This document shows, piece by piece, positions 13,345 through 26,690 of a stretch of DNA of 64,000 nucleotides. The stretch's first letter is position 1; each line of letters begins with the position of its first letter. Position numbers and translations under genes: made by a program. This stretch comes from Tubulanus polymorphus (taxonomy: Eukaryota; Animalia; Nemertea): the NCBI RefSeq assembly GCF_964204645.1, contig NC_134033.1, forward strand, positions 2,562,131 through 2,626,130, in the 5' to 3' direction. A model generated the notes under the pieces. That model saw nothing but the letters and a program-made list of their open reading frames with translations, was not told the origin of the DNA and ran no database searches.

Positions 13345-14024
13345 AACTTAAAACCCTTTTAAGTTCATGGTCGACCCTAGGTCGAGACGGAAAGACATTG
13401 GCTTTACGTTCATGCTCGACCGTAGGTCGAGCCCCGGCGTGCGCTGTAAAAGCGTAAATTAATATCGTCGTTTCACCTACAGGTTTTCGTCATAGCACAT
13501 CATTCGTCGGTAGATGGCGTTTCTGTCGATTATTCACCGAAAAATTTTTTTGATAGTTGCAATTCATTATTTTTGAACAAATTTGAGTCAAAATTTGTAA
13601 TTTTTTTCGAAATAAATAAGGTAAAATCAAGAATACAGATCAAGTTTTATTATAAATTTTTGCTTATGATGAGTTTGGAGACGATGATTTAGAGCTTATA
13701 GACAGTGAATCCAGTGACTTTAAAAAACAGTTCAGATGATATTCAAACCCTTCTCAAGGCAAGGCCAAGTCCTGGCCCCGACTCTGATGAATCTGACAGA
13801 TACTGACCAATACTATGTCATTAAAATACTCAAACCTGGTATCATATGAAAGGTCATAATATTGTCTACAAACTTTTTTTCGCTGCTAAGCTATAGGACT
13901 GATAATTTTTGAACTTTATGGCTTCAAATATGAGTTCTCAAAAAGCGCAACAATGGCCGAAAATAATTGAATTTCTAGGGTAGTCACAGTGTAAAAAAAC
14001 TAGAACCTAAAAGGGTTTTAAGTT
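13345..14024. mobile_element. Non-autonomous piggyBac-like element (~680-bp internal-deletion derivative)
   Basis: 22-bp terminal inverted repeat AACTTAAAACCCTTTTA(A/G)GTTC containing TTAA then CCC; subterminal direct repeat gttcatg.tcgacc.taggtcgag x2; internal acidic coding remnant (DEFGDDDLELIDSESSDF) like a piggyBac transposase N-terminus. No catalytic domain is present. Confidence 0.65.
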
Positions 14025-15201
14025 CATCAAGCAAGGGGCTGCAGAACTATATGATATTCAATCTAAACTAACGTTTTGAAAATGAGCGCAAATTATCGCA
14101 ACAATGGAGACCTCCACAAAATGGCGCCTAGAAACTGTGGAAACTTCTTTATTGCCTGGTGGTAGTACGAAATAATCATTCCAGTTGCATACTGGATATA
14201 TGTATACGTACTTAAATACCCGGTTTTGTGGTTTCTATGATAAAACGACTCACGTCTTACACGTGAAAGAAAGGGATGCTGAAATTAGTTTCTCAAAATT
14301 TAACCCACCTATTCTTTATAGCCTAAACTCATTGTGAAGTGCGCTTTGGATGATCCATATCGTTATCGATATCAATGTCTGATTATTCAAGTGTTGTTTT
14401 TAGGAGGCATTACGCGCTTCAAGACTCATTGTTTTTCCGCGGAATAAATCGATACATCGAATTTGAATTCATTACGGCGAAGACGAGCAGCGCGCGCGGG
14501 GATTCCCACACCGGACGGAGAATTTCAGATTTTTGGTGCATGTAGGAAATGTTTATCTGCAAATTGCAAAATCACGAATATCAATATCTGCAATATCGGA
14601 GAATTATTTTGACCTAAATCAGGATTCGAACACACAGGCCCCGCAGAGCCAGCGTTTTTTTTTAAATTCTGTTTTGACGTTTCTGTTTTAGCACCGTGTT
14701 CGCGTAGCTCGCGTTAACCGTATTAGGGGCTTTCCAGTACGTATCTTCCGTTCAAGACGGAATCGTATTCTATTGATTCCGCCATTCAATTCGTTAATAC
14801 AGTACACCGTGTGTAAGTCGGACCTTGTGGGTCCAAGAAAGATCCTCCGACTTTGAACATATACGGCGGGTTTCTAGCCTTTTTCCGAAAATATCGAATT
14901 TAGAATCAATTTCTGTACATGGAAAAATTATAGCAATATCTAAGAGAAATCTAAAAACACCACTGTTAAAAAATGTTTCATCTGGAACAGGGTATAGAAA
15001 TCAAATTGCAATAGGATGAAATACCCCTCCGACTCCTGGAGAGTGATTTTAACTGACTTCTTAACTGATTTCTTTTCGCATACTCCCCCCTGCCCCGTTC
15101 CGTAATATACGATTTGCAAAAATGGGATTTACAGGGATTATGATACACCGCAATCAGTAGTTGCGTAGGACTTTCAGAGATGGTTTGCATTTTCTCGACC
15201 A

Positions 15202-18200
15202 CTATCGGCGTTTTGTTTTAGCTCGTATTGATTTCAAATCAATAGTCAGTATGGTATAAAGAAGCGGATTCAGAGACGAGTTGATCGGTAAAAATAGAAC
15301 GGCCAGCCAAGCGGCCACCTGGTTCGGTATCTCGACCGAAAATACGGCGCAAAACTGAACGATTATTATCGGTAGCCAGCAAAATAGATTACAAAGATTG
15401 ATTACTAAACTCCTTCGAGCTAAAACCAGTTCGGTAGGATCGGCTCTACCCGAGCCCGACCTGCTTCCAGATACGAGTCTATACATCTGAGCGTACGTCG
15501 CCATTATCGTAGCAAGTATGACCGAGTTGGCTAATGAGAATATTGCGAATGAGTATTGCCAGCCATTGACGTCAATTGAGATCAAATTCATAGGCAAACA
15601 AACTCCGGTTGTGCCGTAGAAGTTGCTTCCAAAGTAAGAAACAGGTAAAAGAGGTATTAATGCAACAATACTTAAGCCAATCCAACACATGCAACAAATA
15701 ATGGACACATATTTCGGAGATGTAAATGGGCTTCCAGAAAATGGATTAACTATATTTGAAAATCTATGACGCGTCATGAAAAGTAAGAATATCAACGATC
15801 CTTCGCAAGAAATAGACACCAAGATACCAGCAAGACGACAGAATAAACTGTCCGTCCATGAGTCTGAATGAAGAAAATAAATGCCTTTATAAATGTAATC
15901 GGCTCCAGCGATCAAAAACAAATATATAGACATCATAGAATCAGACACAGCAACATTAATGATGATGATGTCTGAAGATAAATTTGAAGAGGAGGAGAAT
16001 CGAATTGCATGAACGCGAAGAGAAATGACGATTCCGTTAGCGAAAAAACTGAATGAAGCGATGACCCAGATGATGGCTCTGAGGACTGTGTTTCCCATCA
16101 GATCTGAACAGGAGGAAAACTGATCAGCTCCAGGAAGGCACTGGTCAACCTTCGGTGCCATGCAGCAAAATTTGTAAGCATCAGACGCTAAAGATACTAA
16201 CGTTGTCAAATTATCGAAAACCTTTCTATCGGTGGAAATGACTTCGTAATTGTTGGTTATATCGAGGATTTCAAGTGAAGTTAATCCAGAAAATGCGTTC
16301 AACGATATTTGATGGATTTTGTTACTGCTGATATTCAACATCTGCAATGAAGACAAACCCCGAAATACATTTCTACCGAGAAACGATAAAGATAGCCCTC
16401 GAAGATCAAGAATTTTCAGTGACTTCAAATCTTGAAAAGTATCGTCTTCTAAATGGCGCACTGGATTTTCAGTTACGAGTAAATTTTCCAAACTATACAA
16501 ACCTGTAAATGTGTTTGTGGATAATGATGTTATGTTGTTAAATGTAAGGTCTAATGTATGCAGATTGTGCAGGTTTGAGAACGAATTCGGTAAAATGTAA
16601 GACAATCCATTGAACGAGATGTTGAGCGACCGAAGGTAAACGACGGAGAAGAACGTCGACTCGTTCAAAAATATAGAATTATTCGACAAAATTAAAACTC
16701 GAGTTGATGCTGAGAAAAGACGAGTTATGTCTACTAAACCAAGATGTTTACAATCAACCAAGTGACCTTGACATTTACAACCTCTAGGACAAGTAGCGTT
16801 ACAGAAAGACTCGTCATCAGTTGCATATTTACAATTTACAACACCATCGCAAACGTCTGATTGTGGAATACATCGATTTTCCTGACCACATTTAAACATT
16901 CCCGGACACGAAATTGTCTTGCAGTTATGCTCGTCTTCTGAATTAGGACAATCTGATCGACCATCGCACACCTGTCTGATAGGTATGCAGTAGGATGCTG
17001 GACATTTAACAGTACCATCAGGACATTCAAATTCTTCACATCTCAACACGTGCTCAAGATTTCTACAAACTGGGTGACCATTTGACATTCTTTCTAGAAC
17101 ACACCTGTGACGTCTAGAGTAACAATGAGGAGATTTGAAAGAACATCTCTGTTCATCAGATTCCATACATAGATTTGTGAAGTTAGTTGTACAGTGGATT
17201 TCAAGATTGCAATCAACCGAAGGATTAACCGTAATATTAGTATTTGTTACTAATTCGTCTTCCTCAAGGTTTCCACTGCAGTCTACGACACCATCCTGAT
17301 ACAACTGAGAACTGATACAGTCCCCACTGTTACACAGAAACCCTAGACACAGTTGGGCAGTGCATCCCGTTTCATCAGAGCCATCTTGACAATCAGCAAC
17401 TCCGTCACATCTGTTGATCGTACTGGCACATTGACCATTGATACAGCGAAATTGTCCGAACGAACACGGGGGATGAAAACACGAGTTCTCATCCGAGCCA
17501 TCGACGCAATCTCTAATAAAGTCGCAGAAACCGCTAATCGATATAACCTGTCCATCGTTACAGCGGAACTGACTGTGTAAATTGATATCCGTACAATCGA
17601 GTTCATCTTCACCGTGTTGACAGTCGTGTCTGGTATCACATACGCGATGGTCGCTAATACATCTTTGATCGTAACATTCAAACTGCCACGATTTACAACC
17701 GCTTAAAGAAGCTGACTCTTCACCAGTTACATTATATGAACACAAAACAGAATGCGCTTCATCTGTGACATTATCGAACTGTTTCATCATCCATTCAACT
17801 GATTGAATATAAGTAATTTCGTCTCTGGTGATTTTTGGGTTTATAACTAGTAGTCTGCCATCAGAAGTCATCGCTAGTATGGAACTATACTGATGTTGAT
17901 ATTCAAATGTTCTTATCAAGTTGTTAATTTCTTTTTCTGTGTAACTGGTTATCACAGTGGCTATTTCACCATGGACGCTATGACACATATCTCTAGCAGT
18001 TTTCTTATCTAAACCTCGATGTTTGTTCCACTCTGTCAGTATTTGATAGCATTGTTTATTCATGCTCAACCATCCAATTGTACAGCTGGAATTGTTCAAA
18101 CCAGTGGCTTGAAATATATTTTCTTGTGTCAAAAGTGTGTCGTTGTTTTTTGAATCTGACTCTGCAACCATTTCATTTTCGATATCAATTCTTCCTGATT

Positions 18201-21200
18201 CACAAATGAAACTCGTGTGAACCTCCTCGATTTGACACGGGAATCGAACCCAGTTTGCCGATCCTCGTGGATTATTCAGTATCATCGCCGTACACGGCAT
18301 ATTGACGTCATTTATCGGCTGTTTTCTTATCGGAGATATCAATCCTCGAATAACTTCTGGTATCGTTTCGTTATTTATAGGTTGATACCACTCTGTGAAG
18401 CTCAATGGTTTACCGTCAGACCACGTGTAGTAACCAGAACTTGGCTAGAAATCAAATGAGAAATAATCATTGAAATTCAAATTGAAGACGAGCAACCACT
18501 ACCTATCGATAGGTGAAAAAATGCGTTTCAAATATTCAAGAAAGAATTTTTAAAACTTGAATCAATTCATAAGAAATTTGAGAAACAAAACTATGAATAC
18601 CAGCTGCTTTAATCCAATCATCATTATGAGCGCTTTCTGTGAATATGCGTATACCAGAAGTTTTGTAGCGAATAATCGTTTGATTGAAATCATCTCCTGT
18701 TCTGAGTTGATACTAAGTAGATGTCCCGCGTACTTCTGTCTACAGTATATTTCAGCGTTCTCCCAATTCAGACGTTCATCTCTGATGTATTTGATGCAGG
18801 AAATTCCCGCATATAGAAATCCTGATTTACAGACATTTTTAAAACGTTTTACCGTTAACGGCTGTTCTAATGTATATTGCATTTGAAATATAGGAATGTA
18901 ATTTCCCGTCTCAAAATACAGGTTGTAATCGAGAAAACTATGAAATACAACTCCCGGATTCGCAATTTTGTCACATATTTTGTAAACTTGTAGTTGTGAC
19001 CGGTGATTAATTTTATCAAAGATAGTTTGTTTTAAGAGAATGGAATTCGTGTCTGACGCTTTTGCCTTCTCACACCGGATCACTGCAATACGTTTTATGA
19101 TAAATCTGTAATATCGAATCGCCGAGGTTCTCAATAATCTAAATGTAAATGTTATTGTTTTTCCGGACGTAGCTTGTCCTCGTGGGTAGCCTGGTGACTG
19201 AATGATGCCGCACGAATCGGTGAGAAGTCCGTACTGTGCGATGGACGGCGTATTCGCTTTCTTTGATCGCTGACATCTACGTCGCAGTTTAAGTGTTAAC
19301 GAATATATCCGGAATGCATTCTGATTCCATATTCTAACGACGTTCAATGCGAAACTACCATTGAGAAACTGACTAGTCAAACTCAGATACCTGTTACATG
19401 GTGTCAATAATTTCTCTTCTGGAAAACATCGGTCAATTTGATATTCGTGCTCCGATAATATGTGAATATTTTTCAAACCAAGGCGTCGATTTTCAGGTGT
19501 AATCACGAGACAGTGTGACGTCATAATGATCTGACGTTCTCCTTCCTTTAAAGCGTACCCGTCACAGTCAGTAGGACGAAATACGAGATACGATTTCCTA
19601 TCGCCTGTTAACTGCATATCCCAGTTATAAGCGTATGCTACTACGGTAACCGGTCCACCTGATGTAATCAGGCTGACGACAGATCGACCGTAGTATGAAC
19701 CAGGACAATACGGACCATAGCGTCTAGCTGTGAAATAACTACCATCAAATATATAAAAACCAGCTCGCTCGCAGTTCTCTGATAGCACTCTTAGTTCCAT
19801 ATTCTCTTCAGTGATATCAACTTTCCATTTGAATAAAAAAGATGTAATGCCGTATGTAAAAGCCTTCTTTTCCAATGGTCGAAACACCGAGCGAGCATCT
19901 ATGGACCCTAATTGAGTGTTTCGCACCTATAAAGAAGAAAACTGACTTGAATGTTTATTGACGCCTTAAAAACACATACACTGCCTATGGACAATAAATA
20001 GTATGAAATGATTCATATAATCATATAATATATAATAATGTATATTATATTAATCGATTCGAATACATCGATAATCTAATTGATTGACCGGCAACCAGTC
20101 TATTCCCCGATGTATTGATGACGTAATGCACATCCTCAGAAATGTGATCAAACTTTATCAAAAAAGTTCAAAATTATGGAAATATATTTGACTATTGAAT
20201 TAACGCCAAAATTCACGATATTTTGATTGCTATCTTGAAGCCTGAATACACATCTTTTGATGACGTAGTGCACATCGACTCACATTTAAATTACACATCT
20301 AGGTATCGCGATGTACACAACGGCTTCAAAATATAGATATTTTTATACATCTCAGGATTGTCAGTTACAACGACTATTTGAATTTATTTACCGTGATGTG
20401 TAAATCTTCTGTTGACTTATTGTTCACTTGAAAGTCTATTTCTATCTTTTCTAAGGATTCAGCTTTTACTAAAATGCACAGTGTGACGAGAAAGCTGTCA
20501 GATTTGACACTCAGTGATTGCAGATAGTTGTAACCGAGTAAAATATCAGTTCCTGCAACGCGTAACCCTTCTAGTATATATACACCAATGACGTCACCGG
20601 ATGTGCTGAGATCACGTGTCCAGTTGAAGACGACGTACTGTAACACCTGCTCCGTGATAGACCAGCAGTGTAAGTGTTTTGATCGAGTTATTACGTGTAA
20701 ACTGTTGTCATCGGGAATGAGCACTCCCGACTCGTTATTAGAGATCTGAATCAACGGATTTGAGTTGTTCCAATCTGATACATTGTACAGCTCAACTAAA
20801 AGTCTGAACTGATTGGGAGGATATGAGAAGTGATTTACCAGAGAGATGAGGGCTTTATTAGTTTTAGTATAAAACGATGAAGGCGGATGTCCGGTTTGTT
20901 CTCGTATAACAGCTATAGGTTCACTGGTGCTGTTCCATCCGTCAAATATTTCTATAGCCACAGACTGTCGCCTAGGATCTGACTTCATTATGGTTTGTAT
21001 AAATGTGAGATTCATCGCATGATCGCGTGATATTCCAATCCACTCAACAAACATTTTGCAGTTACGGTTTATTTGCATGAAGAATTTATAACCGGTCGTT
21101 GAGCGAAGTTCTACTAAATTAAGGCTAGAACTACAGCGATGACTGATTCTTAAACGGCTTCGTTCATAACGATATATGATATAAACCCGACTACCTCGCG

Positions 21201-21600
21201 CTCCATCGACTTTACTCCTAAACATCAACGAAAACGAATCGTTACGGCGGATTTCGTGTTTTCCATCGCCGCAGAATCTGTCACCAAACTCGTCGACGAG
21301 AAGATAGTTATCGATACAGAATATCGACGGCTCGATGTCGTGGTAAACTTGCGCTTGGAAAGTTCCAGATAAAGAACTATTGATGAACCAACGGCATTCG
21401 ACACCGCGCGTATTAAACGACGGATAGTTCGGTGAAACGATGTAACCGGACGTAGAATCTAGCGGGTACCACGTGCTGTTACAAGACGAACGCACCGTCA
21501 CAGACGATTCCTCGATAGAGTCTGCGCGATCAGCGCGCGCGATGCTGACTCGACAGACGATCAGCGACGCTATAAACAGCGCTCTCAGTCGCTGCTCCAT
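15202..21600 (-). CDS. GRL101-like / LGR type C receptor, ~1925 aa: signal peptide, several CUB/CUB-like domains, 2 C-type lectin-like domains, ~6-7 LDLa repeats, LRRs, rhodopsin-type 7TM. Exons 21600-20392, 19926-18601, 18444-15202
   Basis: Three long ORFs are joined by two phase-0 introns (ACG|gtaaat...ttatag|GTG; CTG|gtattc...ttctag|CCA). Intron 2 splits a CTLD (…MIGLKQL|PSSGYYTWSDG…). CUB motif SGYIVSPNYP…CRW…FCG; LDLa CDG..DC.DGSDE; LRR LxxLxLxxN; hinge FSSCSDLM; TM7 NSSLNPLLY. ATG 21600 starts a signal peptide (MEQRLRALFIASLIVCRVSIA). Confidence 0.92.
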
Positions 21601-22107
21601 ACCGAACAACACCAACACGAAATACAATTAACGATATTCCTTCGCGATTCACGTCCACGCGATCCTATCACAGCTCGGCCGTCCACGCGCCGGGCAAAGA
21701 TAGCTTCAATTGAGCGATTCGGCAGACGTATGAATCGAATTATTCGCTTCCATCAGCAATTCTACCTATTTCAGCCACCGATGACTTGTAAAGCGATATC
21801 CTGACTCGTGCATCATTAAAATGTTTTTTTTTTCTCTGAGCTTCAAAGCGACGAAAATAACGAGCCTGCGAGTAATTACCATATATCTGTGCAACAAGTT
21901 TCAGTTTCACGTTTCTACGCGAAGTTATATCGATTGCTGCCAATTACATTTTCAAACTGTTCTCAGATTTTATTCAGTTTGGTCGGGTTTGCCGGGAATC
22001 AATCTTTCATATGATGTTGTAATATTTTCACTGATGCACTGAGCGAATATAGAACACATTGGTGTTCTAACGTGTAAGTAACAAGTAAGCGAAAACTCTT
22101 TGAACCA

Positions 22108-23452
22108 CCAGCAATACGCAAATTACAGACGAACTGTGAACATATTTCTCGTCGTGTATTATTTTTGAAATCACACGCAGAAATATGTATATACATATAA
22201 CATGTTCTATTTCGTGGTTTGATGCGACAATATGAAAGGAATTTAAACTATATATATTCACTACTAAAGCTGCAGCCTAACTTTGAATATCCAGAACCAA
22301 TCAATCCAACTGTCCGTGCTTCGATTTTCGATCGATTTTCAAAATCGAAACCCTAGTTTCTTGTTGTCGCAATCGAAAACTCTTTGAACCACCAGTGTGT
22401 CGATGATCCATTTTGCGAAAATGTGTAACTTGGCAATAAATTTATTGACAGTTTACATAGAGATAAAGGCCAAGTAAGTAAAAAGTAACTGAAAGAGCGC
22501 TCGTTGAATATAAGATTTAGTAACTATTTCAAAGTTGCTGGCCGCCATTTTGTCAGGGTATACTTTTGTCCGGGTAGATTGAGCCATATTTTCTCGTAAC
22601 AAAAGAAAACAAATAGTTGTGTTGCGTATTTCGTATTAGATCGGTCCTATAATCGATTTTGACAACACTTTATTAACATCCTAACCGTGTGAATATCTCG
22701 CTACTACGCGACATGTATCGAGGCTGATTCGGGCCGCATTGAAATAAAAATATGACTCTCAATATCCAACGATTTCTTTTCTACAATTTACATTTTTCCG
22801 TTTTAACGCCACTTAAAATTTCTAATTATGTACTTCGATTCAAACGAAAATTCGACCGCCGATCACACAACTATACATAAATGTACTTCGATTTCGGATT
22901 TCAAAATCAAACCCCCTGTTTCGCTCCCGGCAGGTGTCGCGGTTCTGCAAGGGACACTACCAGCGAAATCGAAACAAATCAAACGAAATCTACAAATTGA
23001 ATGAATTTCAGGGTCAATCACTACTTTTAGATTCAAAAAAAGAACGGTTTTTCGTTGTAACGTGGTCTTTTTGTTTTTAACGTGGTTTTTCGTTGAAACC
23101 ATATTTTCACAAATTCGCTGTAAAAACGAAAGGTTAGTTTTTTTTCTAATCTTAAAATAGGGGTTGACCCCGTAATTTATTTGATCGGTAGATTTCGTTT
23201 GTTGTTTTTTGAGTTAGTCTCCTCGTAAGGTGTGTTTTAACGCGGCGTTGAGACGAAAAGTGTAAAATGTTTAGAAATGAAATAACCACTGGATATCGAG
23301 TGTCATATCTATTTCAATGTGGCCCGAATCTTATTTTCTATCTGATGAATTTCTATGTCTTCTCTAGAATGAATTTCGATTGAAATTAGGACAACATTGA
23401 ATTGTCGATATAAATTTACTACCAAAATGTGACCAGTGAAATCTGAATACGA
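22108..23452 (-). repeat. ~1.35-kb module homologous (inverted) to the 5' spacer of the downstream GPCR array genes
   Basis: The reverse complement aligns collinearly with 45270-46330, 56440-57595 and 38330-39030; for example ORF 22067..22261(-) is nearly identical to ORF 57441..57686(+). Confidence 0.9.
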
Positions 23453-23461
23453 TTAATGATT

Positions 23462-24183
23462 TTTGACTCTTGATCCAGTTCCACAGTTGTGTGGGTTTGA
23501 TTTGACTCTGAACCCAGTTCCACAGTTGTATGGGTTTAATTTGACTCTGAACCCAGTTCCACAGTTGTATGGGTTTAATTTCACTCTGAACCCAGTTCCA
23601 CAGTTGTATGGGTTTAATTTCACTCTGAACCCAGTTCCACAGTTGTATGGGTATAATTTCACTCTGAACCCAGTTCCACAGTTGTATGGGTTTAAGTTGA
23701 CTCTGAACCCAATTCCACAGTTGTGTGAGTAATTGTGGGTTTGATTTGACTCTAGATCCAGTTCCATTGGGTTTAATTTGACCATGATCCCAGTCCATTC
23801 TGTCTCTGGATCCATTTCCACAGTTATATGAGTTTAATTTGACTCTGAACCCAGTTCCACAGTTGTATGGGTTCAATTTGTCTTTGGATCTAGTTCCACA
23901 GTTGTTTGGGTTTAAGTTAACTGTGGATCCAGTTCTAGGGTTCAATTTGATGCTGAACCCAGTCTCACACAGTTGAACACACTAAATTGGACTTTGGACC
24001 CAGTTCCACAGTTGTATATTCTGAATTCAACTCTTGATCCAGCTGTGTGGATTTAATCCAAGTCTGAATCCAGATCCACAGTGTTGTGCGGGTTCAATTT
24101 GAATGTGAACCCAGTTCCACAGTTAAACGCACTAAATTCGACTTTGGACCAAACCGTCCGAGATCGGAACCATCAGTTCCACA
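23462..24183 (+). repeat. 39-bp satellite array, degenerating rightwards
   Basis: Tandem ccagttccacagttgtatgggtttaatt..actctgaac units. Confidence 0.95.
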
Positions 24184-24809
24184 ATCGATATATATAATAT
24201 CAAAAATACATCCTTTTCATGTATTTTTGATAATATGTGCAGATTTCGTATTGGTCTTAATATCGAATGTCACACAAATCGACCAATCCTATCGACGATG
24301 TATTCGACACACATTTTATCCGCAAGCATCGATCCACATGATACGAGTGGCCTGGGAGAATCCCGTCTGCGACACCAACTGACTGAAAAACCAATTTGGA
24401 CGGCAATAACTATCAAACAGCGATATATTTTTTTCAGTTTTCACTCCATTCGATTCTCCCGACGGATAGACGAACTCTCTGGAATACCGGGATTACTAAA
24501 AATCTACGTGCCTCGCATACATATCGTTTACTTAAGCGAACCGATGACAAATTATACGGTTCTATTTTTGCGTGGAAATTATTTTCGCGGCTCAATTCGA
24601 TGTTCTATTTCATGCGATATATGCGGATCGACCTCATAGATGGTTTTACCTCGGGTTCCTGTATCCGGTGTTATTCCGCGCGAACAAAGTCGTTTCACAG
24701 GAATTGCGGACGTTTTGAAGATAAAATTGACGCCATAAAAAGGGAGAAAAATTCAAAGTCTGCCAACGTTTTCTTTGAATATAATTTTTATAAATGTTCG
24801 TGCTGAATG

Positions 24810-24817
24810 TAGGGAGA

Positions 24818-24866
<49 letters not shown>

Positions 24867-25199
24867 AGGGAGAGGGAGAGGGAGATGGAGAGGGAGAGGG
24901 AGAGGGAGAGGGAGAGGGAGAGGGAGAGGGAGAGGGAGAGGGAGAGGGAGAGGGAGAGGGAGAGGGAGAGGGAGAGGGAGAGGGAGAGGGAGAGGGAGAG
25001 GGAGAGGGAGAGGGAGAGGGAGAGGGAGAGGGGGGAGAGGGAGAGGGAGAGGGAGAGGGAGAGGGAGAGGGGGGAGAGGGAGAGGGAGAGGGAGAGGGAG
25101 AGGGAGAGGGAGAGGGAGAGAGAGAGGGGGAGAGGGAGAGGGAGAGGGAGAGGGAGGGAGGGAGGGAGAGGGAGGGAGGGAGAGGGAGAGGGAGAGGGA
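24810..25199. repeat. Polypurine microsatellite (GA)n / (GAGAGG)n, ~390 bp
   Basis: Directly visible. Confidence 0.97.
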
Positions 25200-26690
25200 T
25201 GGCGTTATTCAATGAACGGCCCTTAATGAATAATGCAGACATATATAGCGAAGGTTTTTTCGCTACTTTTATCGCAAAAAGCTAAATTTCACGCCCAAAC
25301 GATAACAGTCGGTATAACGTACGATCCCCGAGGATTCGCTAATACGCTAAATAAAAAACCAGACGCCTGATAGCCACTTTATCCGGCGGGTAACGCAACA
25401 GTGAGTTTATCGCTGGATCGCTCCGCACACACAACAACAACCACCAGCGAATACGTGCGGAAATAGCGGTGAGTCGGTCAGGCGGTCAGTGCGCCGGCGC
25501 GCGACGCGAAATAAATTAACCATCCGAGGAAAAAAAGGAGGACCAACAACTACGAGTGTGCGTGTTAGAGGAGATAAGGCGGTTTTATACGGTTGATGAA
25601 AGCCCGAGAGATCTCCGTATCAGTCGATCACTTCTTTCAGCAACACAATCAACAAATCGCTCTCGAGGAAGCCGCCGGCCCGCGGAATCGCGGTCGATGG
25701 AGACATCTCGTAAACAGTTCGGTGTCAGCTACGAATATTGTATCGACGAATCGGGTGAGCTTTCAATTTGCGGGGATTTCCTCGAATGATCGAACGCGAT
25801 ATCATCAATATCGTCCGGCTTCGATATAAGCAGACGTCGAGTTCTCGTTCGGCGAACATTTATACATCTGAAAATATCGGAAGCATTATTCCGCCTAAAA
25901 ACCAACATCTTTAGACTTTAGGCTTTAAGTTGGTGAAACGAAGTGTATCGGTCGATTCGCTTTCAGTTGAGGCTCATTGAAGATTCAATAATTTCGCCAA
26001 AGATTGGATACTATATTCCCGGTGTCGGCCACGATCGACTGACAGCTAAAAACCCTGCCTATACACAATCCGGAATCAGTCAGCAGATTCCGTGCTCCGG
26101 AAGGGTAACAACCCGGCCGTTCGTTTACGTATGCTAGGACCGAGCAACGAGATATCAAACTAGCAAAATCTCTGAAAACGTTTCCTAAAACTGTTGTGCT
26201 GCAGGGTTTCGACGGGTACCTGTTACAACAGTAAAAAAAATCTGATGAAAATTTACGTATTTCCAAAACAGTGGCGGATCCCGACTAGGCGTAATTGATA
26301 CATATACTATAGGATATCAAGTATTGAAAAAGTCGATTTTCAGTCGGAGGGGAAATAACTTTTTTCGAAGAATTTCGGAATTTTTGTGTCGGATGAAAAT
26401 ATCCATCGCGATAGAAAAAGACGATGTAGGACATTTTACTGATCGAGATAGCTGACTGACTGACTGACTGTTTGAATTCCGACGATAAACCGACATCATT
26501 ACGTAATCGATTCCGCAGACGATCGTCATAAAACGGCGACAGTGTTTTTACGACTCGGTTTTAAATTCGCAGCCGGTGCCGCCGCATTCTAAACTGATAT
26601 GGATTAGTGGTGTATTTTTATTCGGGATTAGATCGTTTTGAATATAGATGCGACTGTTGTTGTGCGGTGTGAAACCAGCGCGCGGTGAAT

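Noticed and set aside
21601-21627. TTG/GTG starts given by the ORF track (also 49606, 54516, 57788, 61034)
   Set aside because: Eukaryotic locus; ATGs supported by a signal peptide or by paralog alignment were used instead.
24646-25285. SP-, RG-, GE- and ER-repeat ORFs
   Set aside because: Microsatellite translation artefacts; the same applies to 37844..38187 and 60494..60858.
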